Below, in pieces: positions 1 through 10,297 of a stretch of 64,000 bases of DNA. The notes under the pieces were generated by a model. It searched no databases. It saw only the letters and a list, made by a program, of their open reading frames with translations, and was not told the origin of the DNA. The stretch's first letter is position 1, and the number at the start of each line of letters is the position of its first letter. The DNA lies in the NCBI GenBank assembly GCA_963813335.1, contig CAWEYL010000003.1:224001-288000 (forward strand), in the 5' to 3' direction. A program made the translations under genes and the position numbers. The DNA comes from an uncultured Chloroflexia bacterium (GTDB taxonomy: Bacteria; Chloroflexota; Limnocylindria; Limnocylindrales; CSP1-4).

Positions 1-872
1 CGAAGGCGGGGACCAGGGCCTGGATCGTGATGACCCGCGTCGGCCCGAGCCAGCGCACGCCGTTGAACACGACGACGTTCGCGAGGGCGGCGGCGAGGAT
101 CCCGGAATACGCGACCGACAGGACGATCTGCTGGAGCGCCCCGGGCGCCGACAGGTCGACCGCTCCGGGCGCCACGAGCTGGCCGATGCCGGGGATCGCG
201 AGGACGAGCGCGCCGCCGACCGTGCCCCAGGTGGTGAGGACGAGCGGCGAGCGACGCTGCAGGATCCGTGCGCCGACCGCGGTGAACGTGCCCCAGCAGA
301 CGGCCGCGCCCAGGGTCAGCGCGAACCCGATGGGCGAGCCCGTGAGATCGATGCCGACCCCGGCCCCGATGACGATCACGACGCCGATGAACGAGACGGC
401 GACGCCGAGCGCCTTGGTGGGGCTCAAGCGTGTCCGTCCCGACGAGCACGGCGAGGACGGCCGTGACGACGGGGGTCGAGGCGATCAGGAGGGCCGAGTC
501 GCCGGCCGGGATGGACTGCAGCCCGACGGTCCACAGGATCTGGTACAGGCCGAAGCCGACACCACCCAGCGCGATGATCCGCCACCCGTCGGGCCGGGGC
601 AGCCGCAGGCTCCCTTCCGACCGCCACAGGATGAGCAACAGGGTGAGCGAGGCGAGGACGTACCGGGCGAACGTGAACCCGATCGGCGGCATGATCTGGA
701 GGACGTCCTTCACCACGATGAAGTTCGCCGCCCAGACCACCATGACCCCGGCGACGCTCAGCTCGACGAGGCCGCGATCGGTCCCGAGCCGGATCGCCGA
801 CGCCCGGCCGGCAGGCGCGCGGTCGCCGGACGCTCGGACGCCCGCCGGTCCACCGGCGGGCGTCTGGGTCAC
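1..872 (-). CDS. DMT/EamA family transporter (runs off left edge; apparent frameshifts near 430 and 600)
   Basis: Minus-strand translation gives VMVVWAANFIVVKDVLQIMPPIGFTFARYVLA and FGLYQILWTVGLQ, typical of EamA repeats; start position approximate. Confidence 0.75.
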   Translation of the reverse strand, partial: MTQTPAGGPAGVRASGDRAPAGRASAIRLGTDRGLVELSVAGVMVVWAANFIVVKDVLQIMPPIGFTFARYVLASLTLLLILWRSEGSLRLPRPDGWRIIALGGVGFGLYQILWTVGLQSIPAGDSALLIASTPVVTAVLAVLVGTDTLEPHQGARRRRLVHRRRDRHRGRGRHRSHGLAHRVRADPGRGRLLGHVHRGRRTDPAASLAARPHHLGHGRRRARPRDPRHRPARGARSGRPVGARGAPADRPVGRVFRDPRRRPRERRRVQRRALARADAGHHDPGPGPRL

Positions 873-919
873 CTGGTCCGAGGTTCCCGCCGGGTCGTCG
901 GCGGGTTCGACCGAGTCGA

Positions 920-1075
920 TCAGGCGCCCTCGCTATCGAGTTCCAGGATCTCCTCGTCGGCTTCCTCGGTCAGCTTGAGCCAGACGAAGAGGCCCGCGAG
1001 CACGGCGAGCGGGATGACGATGAGCGCGCCGAGCGTGATGCCAAGCGCCACGGCGACCGTCTTGAGTGCCTTCAT
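920..1075 (-). CDS. Small single-pass membrane protein (51 aa)
   Basis: MKALKTVAVALGITLGALIVIPLAVLAGLFVWLKL plus acidic tail; GGAGGA RBS upstream. Confidence 0.7.
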   Translation of the reverse strand: MKALKTVAVALGITLGALIVIPLAVLAGLFVWLKLTEEADEEILELDSEGA

Positions 1076-1097
1076 GGCTGAGTCCTCCGAGCTGCGA

Positions 1098-1637
1098 TCA
1101 GGACGCTGCCGGGGCACTCGCCCCGGATCCCTTCTCCGGATAGCGAAGGCTGGGGCCCTTGGCGACCAGTCCGTCGATGTCGTCCTTGGTGAATTCGGTG
1201 AGCGTGTGGCGGCTGCCCGAGGTCCCCCCGGCGCCGGAGACCATCAGCCGGAGGACGAATGCGCCCTCCTGCTCGAAGAAGAAGACGTCGAGCGGCTTCT
1301 GCTCGTCGATGTAGCGGCCCATCACGCGGAAGGCGGCCTCGTAGTGCCCGGCGACGTGCGGCGGGGGCGGGGGCGTCCGGTTGCGGCGCGCGGCCGCCTC
1401 CTCCATGAACCGGGCGATGTCGTCATCGACGAAGGTCAGGGTCTCCTTGACCAGCGTGCCCATGGTGTCGCTCCACGAGGAGCTGCTCGCTCCGGAGATC
1501 ACCAGGCCCTGGACGATGAACCCATCCGGCGCCTCGACGAGCAGGACGTCGCGCATGCCGCGCTGGTCGATGAACGCGCCGATGCTGCGAAAGACCTCTT
1601 CGAAGTCCTGCCGTGGACTCCCCTCGTAGATCCGCAT
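1098..1637 (-). CDS. Hypothetical protein with two tandem homologous domains
   Basis: 179 aa with GGAGGA RBS; halves FEEVFRSIGAFID...GFIV...DDDI and YEAAFRVMGRYID...AFVL...KDDI align. Confidence 0.85.
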   Translation of the reverse strand: MRIYEGSPRQDFEEVFRSIGAFIDQRGMRDVLLVEAPDGFIVQGLVISGASSSSWSDTMGTLVKETLTFVDDDIARFMEEAAARRNRTPPPPPHVAGHYEAAFRVMGRYIDEQKPLDVFFFEQEGAFVLRLMVSGAGGTSGSRHTLTEFTKDDIDGLVAKGPSLRYPEKGSGASAPAAS

Positions 1638-1748
1638 GTCGGGTTCGATCCTCCGTCAGGAGCAGGGTGTCGAGCGGTCGACGCCGGTCGGCCGAGTGTA
1701 CCAGCGCGCCACGCCCGGGCAAGGCGGATGGGTGCGTCGGCGCACCCG

Positions 1749-2706
1749 TCAGTTGCTGAAGTCGACGGCCGCGACCCGGCGCGCGATCTCCCCGCGCGAC
1801 CCGGGCGTCGTTGACGATCAGGGCGGTGTTCGCGCGCACGGACGCGCCGTCGGTCAGGGTGGCGATGCGGGCCAGCAGCCAGGGCGTGAGCGCCGGTCCG
1901 CCGATGCCCTCGGCGTCCGCTTCGTGGACGGCCTGGTCGACGACGGCTCTCACCTGCTCCTCCGGGAGCGCGACGTCCGCTGGCACCGGGACGCAGACCA
2001 GGATGCCGCCGCCGAGCCCCATGGCGAGGACATGGCCGACCTGGTACGCGGCCATGGCGATGTCCGGGACGCTCTGGAGCGCCTTGATCCCCGACGAGCG
2101 GGCGTAGAAGCCAGGCACGTCTTCCTGGCCGACGGCGACGACCGGCACGCCGCGGGTCTCGAGGTATTCGAGCGTCGCCGGGACGTCCAGGATGGCCTTC
2201 GGTCCGGCGCAGACGACCGCGACGGCCGTGCGGCCGAGCTCCTCGAGGTCCGACGAGATGTCGAGCGTCGGGGGGACCGTCGAACCCGGGACGCCGAGCG
2301 CCCCGCGGTGGACGCCGCCGATGCCGCCGGTCGCATGGACCGAGATGCCGGCGGCATGCGCGGCGATCATCGTCGCGGAGACCGTGGTGGCGGCGAGCCC
2401 GGGCCAGGAGAGGGCCTTGGCGAGGGTCGGCCGCGACGCCTTCTGGACCGTCCCCGCGGGGGCCGTCGCGAATGCCTCCAGCTCCGAGGGCGGCAGCCCG
2501 ACGAGCACCCGGCCGTTCATGACGGCGACCGTCGCCGGGACGGCGCCCGCCTCGCGGACCGCGGCCTCGGAGGCGAGGGCGACCTCGAGGTTCGCCGGGT
2601 ACGGGAGGCCATGGCTGATCAGCGTCGACTCGAGGGCGACGACCCCCTGGCCGTCGGCAAGGGCCTGGGCGACCTCGGGTTGCACGAACAGGCGGTCCTT
2701 GAACAT
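1749..2706 (-). CDS. psuG: Pseudouridine-5'-phosphate glycosidase (frameshift near 1795)
   Basis: VVALESTLISHGLPYPANLE, ATGGIGGVHRG, DISSDLEEL, AGPKAILD and LTPWLL motifs. Confidence 0.93.
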
Positions 2707-2802
2707 CGCGGTCAAGCGTAGCCACTCGCCCGTCCCACGACGTGGGGCAAGTGACGCCGGGCATGCCGGGGCGGACTGCCTCCCGGTACCCTGACCGCTG
2801 CC

Positions 2803-4884
2803 ATGGCCCACCGACCCGACCGTCCCCCGATGACCCCGGCCGACATCCGCCGCCAGGTCGTCGTCGAGGAGCTCGACCTCGCGCGCGATGGCTCCATGGC
2901 GGTCGTCGTCCGCCGGACCATCCGCGGCATCCGCTATCACGGCCACCTGCTGGCGGTCCCGCTCGACGGGCGCCGCGCGGGCATCCCCCGGCCGCGGACC
3001 CTGACCAGCGGCGTCGTCCGCGACACGCGGCCGCGCATCTCGCCGGACGGGCGGACCGTCGCGTTCGTCCGGACCGACCCCGCCGACGACGACGCCCCCG
3101 CGACCCTGCGGCTCATCGGCATCGACGGCGGCCGCGTCCGCACCGTCCGGCGCGGCCGCCACGGTGGGGTCGGCGAGATCGCCTGGTCGCCTGACGGGAC
3201 CCGGATCGCGTTCACGGCCGAGGTCGACCCGCCACGCTGGCTCGTCGGACCGGTCGCGCGTGTCGGCGCCACCGACAAGGACAGCCCGCGGGCGCGCCGG
3301 ATCACCCGGACCGATTGGCGTTGGGATGAGGAGGGCCACCAGGACCGCTGGTCGCACCTGTGGGTCGTGGACGTCGTTCGGGGTGCCGTGCCCCGCCAGG
3401 TCACCGCCGGCGACTGGGGCGTCAGCGACATCGCGTGGCATCCCGACGGGCGGACCGTGGTCTTCACGAGCGACCGCGGACCGGAGCCGGACCTCGCGCC
3501 GCGCACCACGATCTGGGCGGTGGACGCCGGCGGCGACCCCGGCACCTCGGTCCCGCGCGAGATCCTCGCTCCGGGCGGCTGGGCGATCAAGCCGGCGGTC
3601 TCGCCCGACGGGCGCTGGGTCGCGGCGATCGGCGTGCTGGAGCCGCTCCCGATCGACGACATCAGCCCGACCGTCCTGGTCGCACCCGCGGACGGCAGCC
3701 ATGCCGCGACGCCGGTCGACCTCGCGCCGGACCTCGACCGGCCGATCGCGAACTGGACCGACAGCGACCTGACCGGCTGGATGGTCTCCGGCCGGCACGG
3801 CCCGACCTGGATCGACCCGGCCACCCTCGTCGCCACGGTCTCGGATCGCGGCCGGTCGCGACCGCACCTCTTCACGCTCGATGCGACGGGCCAGCCCGCC
3901 GGCCATCGGGCAGCCGTCGCCGGCGAGATCGTCACCCACACGATCGCGGCGAGCCAGCGCCGCGATGACGGCTCCGCGACGGTCGCCTACCTCGCGACGG
4001 ACGGCCCGCGCGCGATGGAGCTCTCCACCGTCGAGCTGCCCGGCGACGCGCCGCGGCGGCGGACACGGATCGGCTCGGCGTGGCAGGACCGCTTCGCGCC
4101 GATCGCGATGCGGCTCGTCCAGGCCCCCGGCGCGGCCGGGCCGATCGACGTCTGGATGGCGACCCTGGCCGGCAAGGCGGACGAGCACCTGCCGACGGTG
4201 GTCGACATCCATGGCGGACCGCTCGGGGCGTGGGCGCCGTCGCCGCACGTGGAGGTGATCCTCCTCGCGTCGGCGGGCTATCGCGTCGTGCTCCCCAACA
4301 TCCGCGGCTCGGCGACCTATGGCCGCGACTGGATCCGTCCGCAGTTGGGCGATTGGGGCGGGGTCGATGCCGACGATGTCCACGCCGCGGTCGACCATGT
4401 CGTCGCCCTCGGGCTGGCCGACCCGGATCGGCTGGGGATCCTCGGGCTCAGCTACGGCGGGTTCATGGTCAACTGGATGGTCGGCACGACCGACCGCTTC
4501 CGCGCCGCCGTGTCCGACAACGGCGTCGCCAACCAGGTGTCCGCGTGGGCCAACTCCGACTCCGGACCGGAATACACCCGGGCGGCGCTGATGGGCGACA
4601 CGCTGTCAGCCGAAGGCGTCGAGAAGCTCTGGCGCCAGTCACCGCTGCGCCACGTGGCCGACGTCCACACGCCGCTCCTGATGCTGCAGGGCGAGGCGGA
4701 CCTGCGCTGCCCGGCCGCCGACAACGAGCAGTTCTTCATCGCCCTGCGGCACCTGGGCCGGACCGTCGAGTACGTCCTCTACCCCGAGGAGTACCACGTG
4801 TTCGGGAACGCCGGCCGACCCGACCGGCGCATCGATCGGCAGGAGCGGATGCTCGCCTGGTTCGACCGCTACCTGCGCGACTAG
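2803..4884 (+). CDS. S9 family (prolyl oligopeptidase/acylaminoacyl) serine peptidase
   Basis: SPDG beta-propeller repeats, IHGGP, nucleophile motif GLSYGG, D(LRCP) and H catalytic region. Confidence 0.93.
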   Translation: MAHRPDRPPMTPADIRRQVVVEELDLARDGSMAVVVRRTIRGIRYHGHLLAVPLDGRRAGIPRPRTLTSGVVRDTRPRISPDGRTVAFVRTDPADDDAPATLRLIGIDGGRVRTVRRGRHGGVGEIAWSPDGTRIAFTAEVDPPRWLVGPVARVGATDKDSPRARRITRTDWRWDEEGHQDRWSHLWVVDVVRGAVPRQVTAGDWGVSDIAWHPDGRTVVFTSDRGPEPDLAPRTTIWAVDAGGDPGTSVPREILAPGGWAIKPAVSPDGRWVAAIGVLEPLPIDDISPTVLVAPADGSHAATPVDLAPDLDRPIANWTDSDLTGWMVSGRHGPTWIDPATLVATVSDRGRSRPHLFTLDATGQPAGHRAAVAGEIVTHTIAASQRRDDGSATVAYLATDGPRAMELSTVELPGDAPRRRTRIGSAWQDRFAPIAMRLVQAPGAAGPIDVWMATLAGKADEHLPTVVDIHGGPLGAWAPSPHVEVILLASAGYRVVLPNIRGSATYGRDWIRPQLGDWGGVDADDVHAAVDHVVALGLADPDRLGILGLSYGGFMVNWMVGTTDRFRAAVSDNGVANQVSAWANSDSGPEYTRAALMGDTLSAEGVEKLWRQSPLRHVADVHTPLLMLQGEADLRCPAADNEQFFIALRHLGRTVEYVLYPEEYHVFGNAGRPDRRIDRQERMLAWFDRYLRD

Positions 4885-4899
4885 GGCCGTCGCCCGGCC

Positions 4900-5889
4900 T
4901 CAGGCGAGCGGCAGCTCCGGGCGCGGGACCGAGATCTGCCGGCCCGCGGCCCGATGGCCGGCGAGGGCCGCCCGATGCAGCGACGCGGCCACGGACCGCC
5001 CGCTCGAGCGAGCGGCGAACCACCCGACCAGGAACCCGGCATCGAACGCGTCGCCGGCCCCCGTGGTGTCCGTGGCCAGACGACGTTCTGTGGCCACCTC
5101 GAAGCGGACGCGCTCCGCGCCGTCCCGGGCGAGGACCGTGGCGCCCTTCGCGCCCCGCTTCACGACGGCGATCGGCGCCGACTCCAGCAACCCCTCGACC
5201 GCGTGATGTCCCAGGAACGCCTGGGCCTCGGCGGCCGTGGCGAAGAGCAGGTCGGGGGCGATGCCATCGATGCGCTCGCGCGCGGCGCGCCGGCCGTCCG
5301 CCAGGAGCGGCCCGATCGACGCCAGGTCGAGGCTGACGATCGCCCCCGCTGCGCGCGCGAGCTCGATCGCGCGGAGACCGGCCTGGCCGAGCGGCTGGCC
5401 GATCAGCGAGTAGACCGGCAGGTGGAGCGCATCGGCGCCGGCGAACCATGCCGCCTGGAGGTCGTCGGGGCGGAGCGCGTCGGCAGCGCCGCGGTCCGCG
5501 ACGAAGCTGCGCTCGCCGTCGGGCGTGACCAGCACGCCGATCCGGCCGGTCCGCGCGCCGGCGACACGCATGACCCGGGGCGTGACCTTGTCCGCACGGA
5601 GGACCTCGACCAGCGCCCGGCCCGCGGCGTCCCGTCCGACCGAGGCGACCAGCGTGCTCCGCGCCCCCAGCCGCCCGATCCACCGGGCGGTCGTCGCCGC
5701 CGATCCGCCCGCGACCAGCGCCACGTGCCCGGGTACGTCGGAGCCCGCCAGCATCGGCGTGGCCGGCGCGAGCACGACATCGACCATGAGGTCGCCCAGG
5801 ACCACGATCCGCGGCACGGACGCCGCGGGGCCGCGGGGCCGCCGAGGTCGGCTCGGACGATGCGGCCGGGGCGGTCGGAGGCTCGGCAT
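4900..5889 (-). CDS. PfkB family carbohydrate kinase (possible pseudouridine kinase)
   Basis: GGSAATTA and DTTGAGDAFDAGF PfkB signatures. Confidence 0.88.
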   Translation of the reverse strand: MPSLRPPRPHRPSRPRRPRGPAASVPRIVVLGDLMVDVVLAPATPMLAGSDVPGHVALVAGGSAATTARWIGRLGARSTLVASVGRDAAGRALVEVLRADKVTPRVMRVAGARTGRIGVLVTPDGERSFVADRGAADALRPDDLQAAWFAGADALHLPVYSLIGQPLGQAGLRAIELARAAGAIVSLDLASIGPLLADGRRAARERIDGIAPDLLFATAAEAQAFLGHHAVEGLLESAPIAVVKRGAKGATVLARDGAERVRFEVATERRLATDTTGAGDAFDAGFLVGWFAARSSGRSVAASLHRAALAGHRAAGRQISVPRPELPLA

Positions 5890-5942
5890 ATCGGGATGGT
5901 AGCGGCGCGACCGGGCGTGGCGAGCCGCCGCGGACCGCGACC

Positions 5943-5948
5943 TACAAT
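5943..5948 (+). promoter_or_regulatory. Candidate -10 box (TACAAT) for tkt
   Basis: Near-consensus hexamer in GC-rich DNA about 40 nt upstream of the tkt ATG. Confidence 0.4.
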
Positions 5949-5986
5949 GACGCCCTTACCCCTCGCCCCGACACCGGAGCTGCCCG

Positions 5987-8053
5987 ATGACCGCCGTGAC
6001 GCCCGACCTCGACCGCCTCGCGATCGACACCATCCGCACGCTGTCGATCGATGGCGTCCAGCAGGCGAACTCCGGGCACCCGGGCGCCCCGATGGGTGCC
6101 GCGCCGATGGCCTACACGCTCTGGACGCGCTTCCTGCGCCATGCCCCGACGCACCCGGACTGGGCGGATCGCGACCGCTTCGTCCTGAGCGCCGGCCACG
6201 CCAGCATGCTGCTGTACTCGCTGCTCCACCTGACCGGCTACGACCTCTCGCTCGACGACCTCAAGCAGTTCCGCCAGTGGGGCAGCCGGACGCCCGGCCA
6301 CCCGGAGTACGGCCTGACGCCGGGCGTCGAGGCGACCACCGGCCCGCTCGGCCAGGGCCTCACGAACGCGGTCGGCATGGCCATCGCCGAGCGCCGGCTC
6401 GCGGCCGAGTTCAACCGCGCCGGCCACGACCTCGTCGACCACTGGACCTACGTGATCGCGTCGGACGGCGACCTCCAGGAGGGCATCGCGTCCGAGGCGT
6501 GCAGCCTGGCCGGGCACCTGCGGCTCGGCAAGCTGGTCGTCCTCTACGACGACAACCACATCCAGCTCGACGGCCCGACCTCGATGGCGTGGTCGGAGGA
6601 CGTGATCAAGCGCTTCGAGGCCTACGGCTGGGACGCCCGGCGGGTCGAGGATGGCAACGATGTCGCCGCCATCGAGGCCGCGATCGAGGCCGCCCGCGGC
6701 GACGACCGACCGAGCCTGATCGCCGTCCGCACCCACATCGGGTACGGCAGCCCGAACAAGCAGGACAGCCAGAAGGCGCACGGCTCGCCGCTCGGCCCCG
6801 ACGAGGTCCGCCTCGTCAAGGAGGCGTACGGTTGGGACCCGGACAAGACCTTCTACATCCCCGACGACGCGCTCGCGGTCTTCCGCGAGGCCGTGCCCGA
6901 GGGCGACCGGCTCGTCGCCGAGTGGGAGGCGCGGTTCTACGCGTATCGCGACGCCTATCCCGCGGAGGCGGCGGAGTTCCGTCGCCGGATGACCCGCGGC
7001 GGGCTCCAGGCCGGCTGGGACGCCGACCTCAAGGTCTACGAGACCGGTTCCGAGGTCGCGACGCGCAACGCGAGCCAGGACGCCATCAATGCCCTGGCGA
7101 CGCGGGTGCCGGAGCTGTTCGGCGGCGCCGCCGACCTGTCGGAGTCGAACCTGACCGACGTCAAGGGCGAGCCGAACTTCGAGGCCGGGCAGCCGGGCCG
7201 GAACCTCCGCTTCGGTGTCCGCGAGCACGCGATGGGCGGCATCGCCAACGGCATCGCCTACCACGGCGGCTTCATCCCGTACGACGCCACGTTCCTGACC
7301 TTCAGCGACTACATGCGCGGGTCCGTGCGGCTGTCGGCGCTGGCCGGGCTCCACGTCATCGATGTCTGGACGCACGACTCGGTCGGCCTCGGCGAGGACG
7401 GGCCGACGCACCAGCCGGTCGAGCACTACGCGGCGCTGCGGGCGATCCCGAACCTGTGGTTCGTTCGGCCAGGCGACGCCAACGAGACGTCGGCGGCCTG
7501 GGCGATGGCCGTCGAGCGCGGCGACGGCCCGGTCGCCCTGGCGCTCACCCGCCAGAAGCTCCCGACGTTGCCAGGGACCGACACGCTCGCGCGCGAGGGA
7601 GTCCGACGCGGCGGGTACGTGTTGCGCGAGGCGAGCGGCGGCGCGCCGCAGCTGATCATGATCGGCACCGGGTCGGAGCTGCAGCTGGCGTTCGCGACCG
7701 CCGAGACGCTCGAGGCCGAGGGGGTCCCGACGCGAGTCGTCTCGCTCCCCTGCTGGGAGCGCTTCGACGACCAGGACCAGGCGTATCGGGACGCGGTGCT
7801 GCCGCCAGCCGTGCGCAAGCGGGTCAGCGTCGAGATCGGCGTCTCGCTCGGCTGGGAGCGGTGGGTCGGCGACGAGGGCGCGATCATCGGGCTCGACCAC
7901 TTCGGCGCCTCGGCGCCGGCCGGCACGATCTTCGAGCACTTCGGGTTCACCGCGGACCGGGTCGCGGACGTCGCGCGGCGCGTGGTGCGCGAGGGCCTGC
8001 GCGGCCGGATCCCGACGGTCGATGGCGGTCACTTCGGCGCGAGGCACACCTAG
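5987..8053 (+). CDS. tkt: Transketolase
   Basis: [34 protein letters not shown] and [16 protein letters not shown]. Confidence 0.98.
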   Translation: MTAVTPDLDRLAIDTIRTLSIDGVQQANSGHPGAPMGAAPMAYTLWTRFLRHAPTHPDWADRDRFVLSAGHASMLLYSLLHLTGYDLSLDDLKQFRQWGSRTPGHPEYGLTPGVEATTGPLGQGLTNAVGMAIAERRLAAEFNRAGHDLVDHWTYVIASDGDLQEGIASEACSLAGHLRLGKLVVLYDDNHIQLDGPTSMAWSEDVIKRFEAYGWDARRVEDGNDVAAIEAAIEAARGDDRPSLIAVRTHIGYGSPNKQDSQKAHGSPLGPDEVRLVKEAYGWDPDKTFYIPDDALAVFREAVPEGDRLVAEWEARFYAYRDAYPAEAAEFRRRMTRGGLQAGWDADLKVYETGSEVATRNASQDAINALATRVPELFGGAADLSESNLTDVKGEPNFEAGQPGRNLRFGVREHAMGGIANGIAYHGGFIPYDATFLTFSDYMRGSVRLSALAGLHVIDVWTHDSVGLGEDGPTHQPVEHYAALRAIPNLWFVRPGDANETSAAWAMAVERGDGPVALALTRQKLPTLPGTDTLAREGVRRGGYVLREASGGAPQLIMIGTGSELQLAFATAETLEAEGVPTRVVSLPCWERFDDQDQAYRDAVLPPAVRKRVSVEIGVSLGWERWVGDEGAIIGLDHFGASAPAGTIFEHFGFTADRVADVARRVVREGLRGRIPTVDGGHFGARHT

Positions 8054-8073
8054 GCGGGAGGTCTGACGACCAA

Positions 8074-8106
8074 GATATGCAGAGATGCCTTGACCGTCTG
8101 CATATC
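8074..8106. promoter_or_regulatory. Inverted-repeat operator upstream of vapBC
   Basis: Perfect 10-bp arms GATATGCAGA (8074-8083) / TCTGCATATC (8097-8106) just before the antitoxin ATG. Confidence 0.7.
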
Positions 8107-8114
8107 ATTCGGAC

Positions 8115-8336
8115 ATGAAGAAGCACACCACCATCGACCTCGACATGGTCCTGGTCGGAGAAGCCGCCGTCGTCCTTGAGACCAAGCGGGTCACCGAAAC
8201 GGTCCACGCGGCGCTCCAACGGGTCGTCGATGCGGAACGGCGGCTGCGCCTCCTCGAGCTTGATCCAGCGCTGTCGCTCGACGATCTCGCTGCTGACCGA
8301 CGCGGGCGCTTCGACAAGTCGATCACGCATCCGTGA
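8115..8336 (+). CDS. vapB: Type II antitoxin, VapB family
   Basis: 73 aa, KHTTIDLD...TETVHAAL RHH-like; GTGA overlap with the PIN gene. Confidence 0.85.
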   Translation: MKKHTTIDLDMVLVGEAAVVLETKRVTETVHAALQRVVDAERRLRLLELDPALSLDDLAADRRGRFDKSITHP

Positions 8337-8752
8337 CGGAAGTCCTCGATACGAGTGCCCTGATCCTCGCGAGGCGAGATCCGGCGGTCGCCGAGTGGCT
8401 GCGGGCGGCGATCGTGGCCGACCGAGTCGCCATCTGCGATCAGGTCGCGATCGAGTACCTGCGTGGGGCACGAAGCGCGGCTGAGTTCGACGAGTACGAC
8501 GACGTCCTGTCCGCGTTTCCGCGGCTCCGGATCGAGCCCGTCGATTGGGATCGGATCCGCGTCGTGTATCGATCCTTGAGCGCGATCACCGGCGGCTATC
8601 AACAGAGCGTGCCGATCGCCGACGCACTGATCGCCGCGGTGGCCGAACGGCATGGGCTCACGGTCGTCCACTACGACCAGGACTTCGACCGCATCGCCGC
8701 CATCACCGGACAGGATGTCCGCTGGGTCGCGCCCCGTGGATCAGTCGCCTAG
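8333..8752 (+). CDS. vapC: PIN-domain toxin VapC
   Basis: VLDTSALI, IADALIAAVA and VVHYDQDF motifs. Confidence 0.92.
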   Translation: MTEVLDTSALILARRDPAVAEWLRAAIVADRVAICDQVAIEYLRGARSAAEFDEYDDVLSAFPRLRIEPVDWDRIRVVYRSLSAITGGYQQSVPIADALIAAVAERHGLTVVHYDQDFDRIAAITGQDVRWVAPRGSVA

Positions 8753-8763
8753 GCGACTCGTGA

Positions 8764-8782
8764 CGCAACGGAATCCGTTGCG
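8764..8782. promoter_or_regulatory. Palindromic operator upstream of the Xre/RES TA pair
   Basis: CGCAACGGA-A-TCCGTTGCG followed by TAGACT (-10-like) and ATG at 8796. Confidence 0.7.
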
Positions 8783-8795
8783 CTAGACTTCAGGC

Positions 8796-9128
8796 ATGGC
8801 CATCACCGCGGCAGACCGGGTCCGCTCGCTCGTCGAGGATTTCGGGGGGCAGGCGGAGGTCGCCCGGGCGCTCGGGGTCGACCGGTCGCGCGTCACTCGC
8901 TGGCTCCGCGATGCGGCGCCGGATGCCGCCAACAAGCGCAAGCTCGAATCGATCGAGTTCGCGATGGCGCGCCTCCTGCAGACCTTTCACCGCGAGACCG
9001 CGGTCTCGTGGCTCTACGGCATGAACGCCCACCTCGGCGACCGGCGGCCGATCGACCTGCTCGCCGCCGGGCGCGTCTCCGAGGTCCTCGCGGCCATCGA
9101 GGCCGAGGAGACCGGCGCCTACGCGTGA
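8796..9128 (+). CDS. Xre/MbcA/ParS-type antitoxin
   Basis: N-terminal HTH (QAEVARALGVDRSRVTRW) and C-terminal WLYGMNAHLGDRRPIDLL (DUF2384-like). Confidence 0.88.
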   Translation: MAITAADRVRSLVEDFGGQAEVARALGVDRSRVTRWLRDAAPDAANKRKLESIEFAMARLLQTFHRETAVSWLYGMNAHLGDRRPIDLLAAGRVSEVLAAIEAEETGAYA

Positions 9129-9670
9129 CCCTCTACCGGGTCTTCCCGTGGGCGCCGCGGCGGTTCGTCCGCCCTCTCGACGTCCCGCGCGACCGCCAGG
9201 GCGCGAACCGGCACGACAACCCGGACCTGTACACGGCCCTCTACCTGGCGCGTGAGCCGGACGGCGCCATCGCCGAGGCGATCCAGGGGTTCCGCGGTCG
9301 GACGCTGACGGACCGGGACCTGGAGCGGGCGGACGGCCGGCGGCTCGCGCTGGCGACGCTGGACGACCGCGAGGTCCCGCCGCTCGTCGACCTCGACGAC
9401 CCGGCGGAGCTGGTCGCCCGGGGCTGGCGGCCGTCGCAGGTGGCGACCCGGCATCGGGCCACGACCCAGTCGATCGCGCGGACCCTGTTCGAGGACGGCG
9501 CCGTCGGCTGCTCGTGGTGGTCGGCGCTCGAGGCGTCGTGGACGAACGTCACGCTGTTCGGGAGCCGCGGCGGCCGGCTGGCCCTCGAGGCCCCGACGGA
9601 GCCGCTGACGATCTCGCATCCGGCCCTGGTCACCGCCGCCGAGCGGCTCGGCATCGCCCTCGGTCGGTGA
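9125..9670 (+). CDS. RES-domain toxin
   Basis: GTG overlapping the antitoxin stop; [29 protein letters not shown] and NVTLF motifs. Confidence 0.85.
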   Translation: MTLYRVFPWAPRRFVRPLDVPRDRQGANRHDNPDLYTALYLAREPDGAIAEAIQGFRGRTLTDRDLERADGRRLALATLDDREVPPLVDLDDPAELVARGWRPSQVATRHRATTQSIARTLFEDGAVGCSWWSALEASWTNVTLFGSRGGRLALEAPTEPLTISHPALVTAAERLGIALGR

Positions 9671-9692
9671 CGGCCGTATCCTTCGAGGCCTG

Positions 9693-10151
9693 ATGCGCAT
9701 CGCGTTCGCTGCCGACCATGCCGGGGCCGCCCTCAAGGACGAGCTGCGCGCGCGGCTCGCGATCTCGGGCCTCGACCACGAGTGGATCGACCTCGGCGGC
9801 GACGGCTCGGACCCGCTCGACGACTACCCAGACTTCGCCGAGCGGCTCGGGCTCGCGGTCGCCGGCGGTGAGGCGGACCGCGGGATCTTGATCTGCGGCT
9901 CGGGCGTCGGCGCGAGCGTGGCGGCGAACAAGATCCGCGGCATCCGCTCGGCCGTCTGCCACGACACGTACTCGGCCCACCAAGGCGTCGAGCACGACGA
10001 CATGAACGTGCTGACGCTGGGTGCGCGGGTGATCGGCCCGGAACCCGCCTACGAATGCGCGGTCGCCTTCATCGGCGCCTCGTTCAGCGGCGAACCGCGC
10101 CACCGGCGCCGGCTCGACAAGGTCCTCGCCATCGAGGCCCGCGGGGACTGA
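9693..10151 (+). CDS. rpiB: Ribose-5-phosphate isomerase B
   Basis: [23 protein letters not shown] and HDDMNVL. Confidence 0.96.
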   Translation: MRIAFAADHAGAALKDELRARLAISGLDHEWIDLGGDGSDPLDDYPDFAERLGLAVAGGEADRGILICGSGVGASVAANKIRGIRSAVCHDTYSAHQGVEHDDMNVLTLGARVIGPEPAYECAVAFIGASFSGEPRHRRRLDKVLAIEARGD

Positions 10152-10297
10152 CGCCGCTCCCCGTTCCCTCGCCGCCCGGCCGTGCGGCGTACCATGGGCC
10201 TCCGCTCAGCGATGGGCTCCGCCGTGCACGTTCCGGGACGTCGATACCGACCCGTAACCGTCCGTTCACACACGACTGCCTATCCTTCGGAGGCCAC

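Noticed and set aside
4954-8118. Long Arg/Pro/Gly-rich alternative-frame and antisense ORFs (here and throughout, e.g. 57174-60218)
   Set aside because: Shadow ORFs expected at very high GC; they have no motifs and overlap well-supported genes
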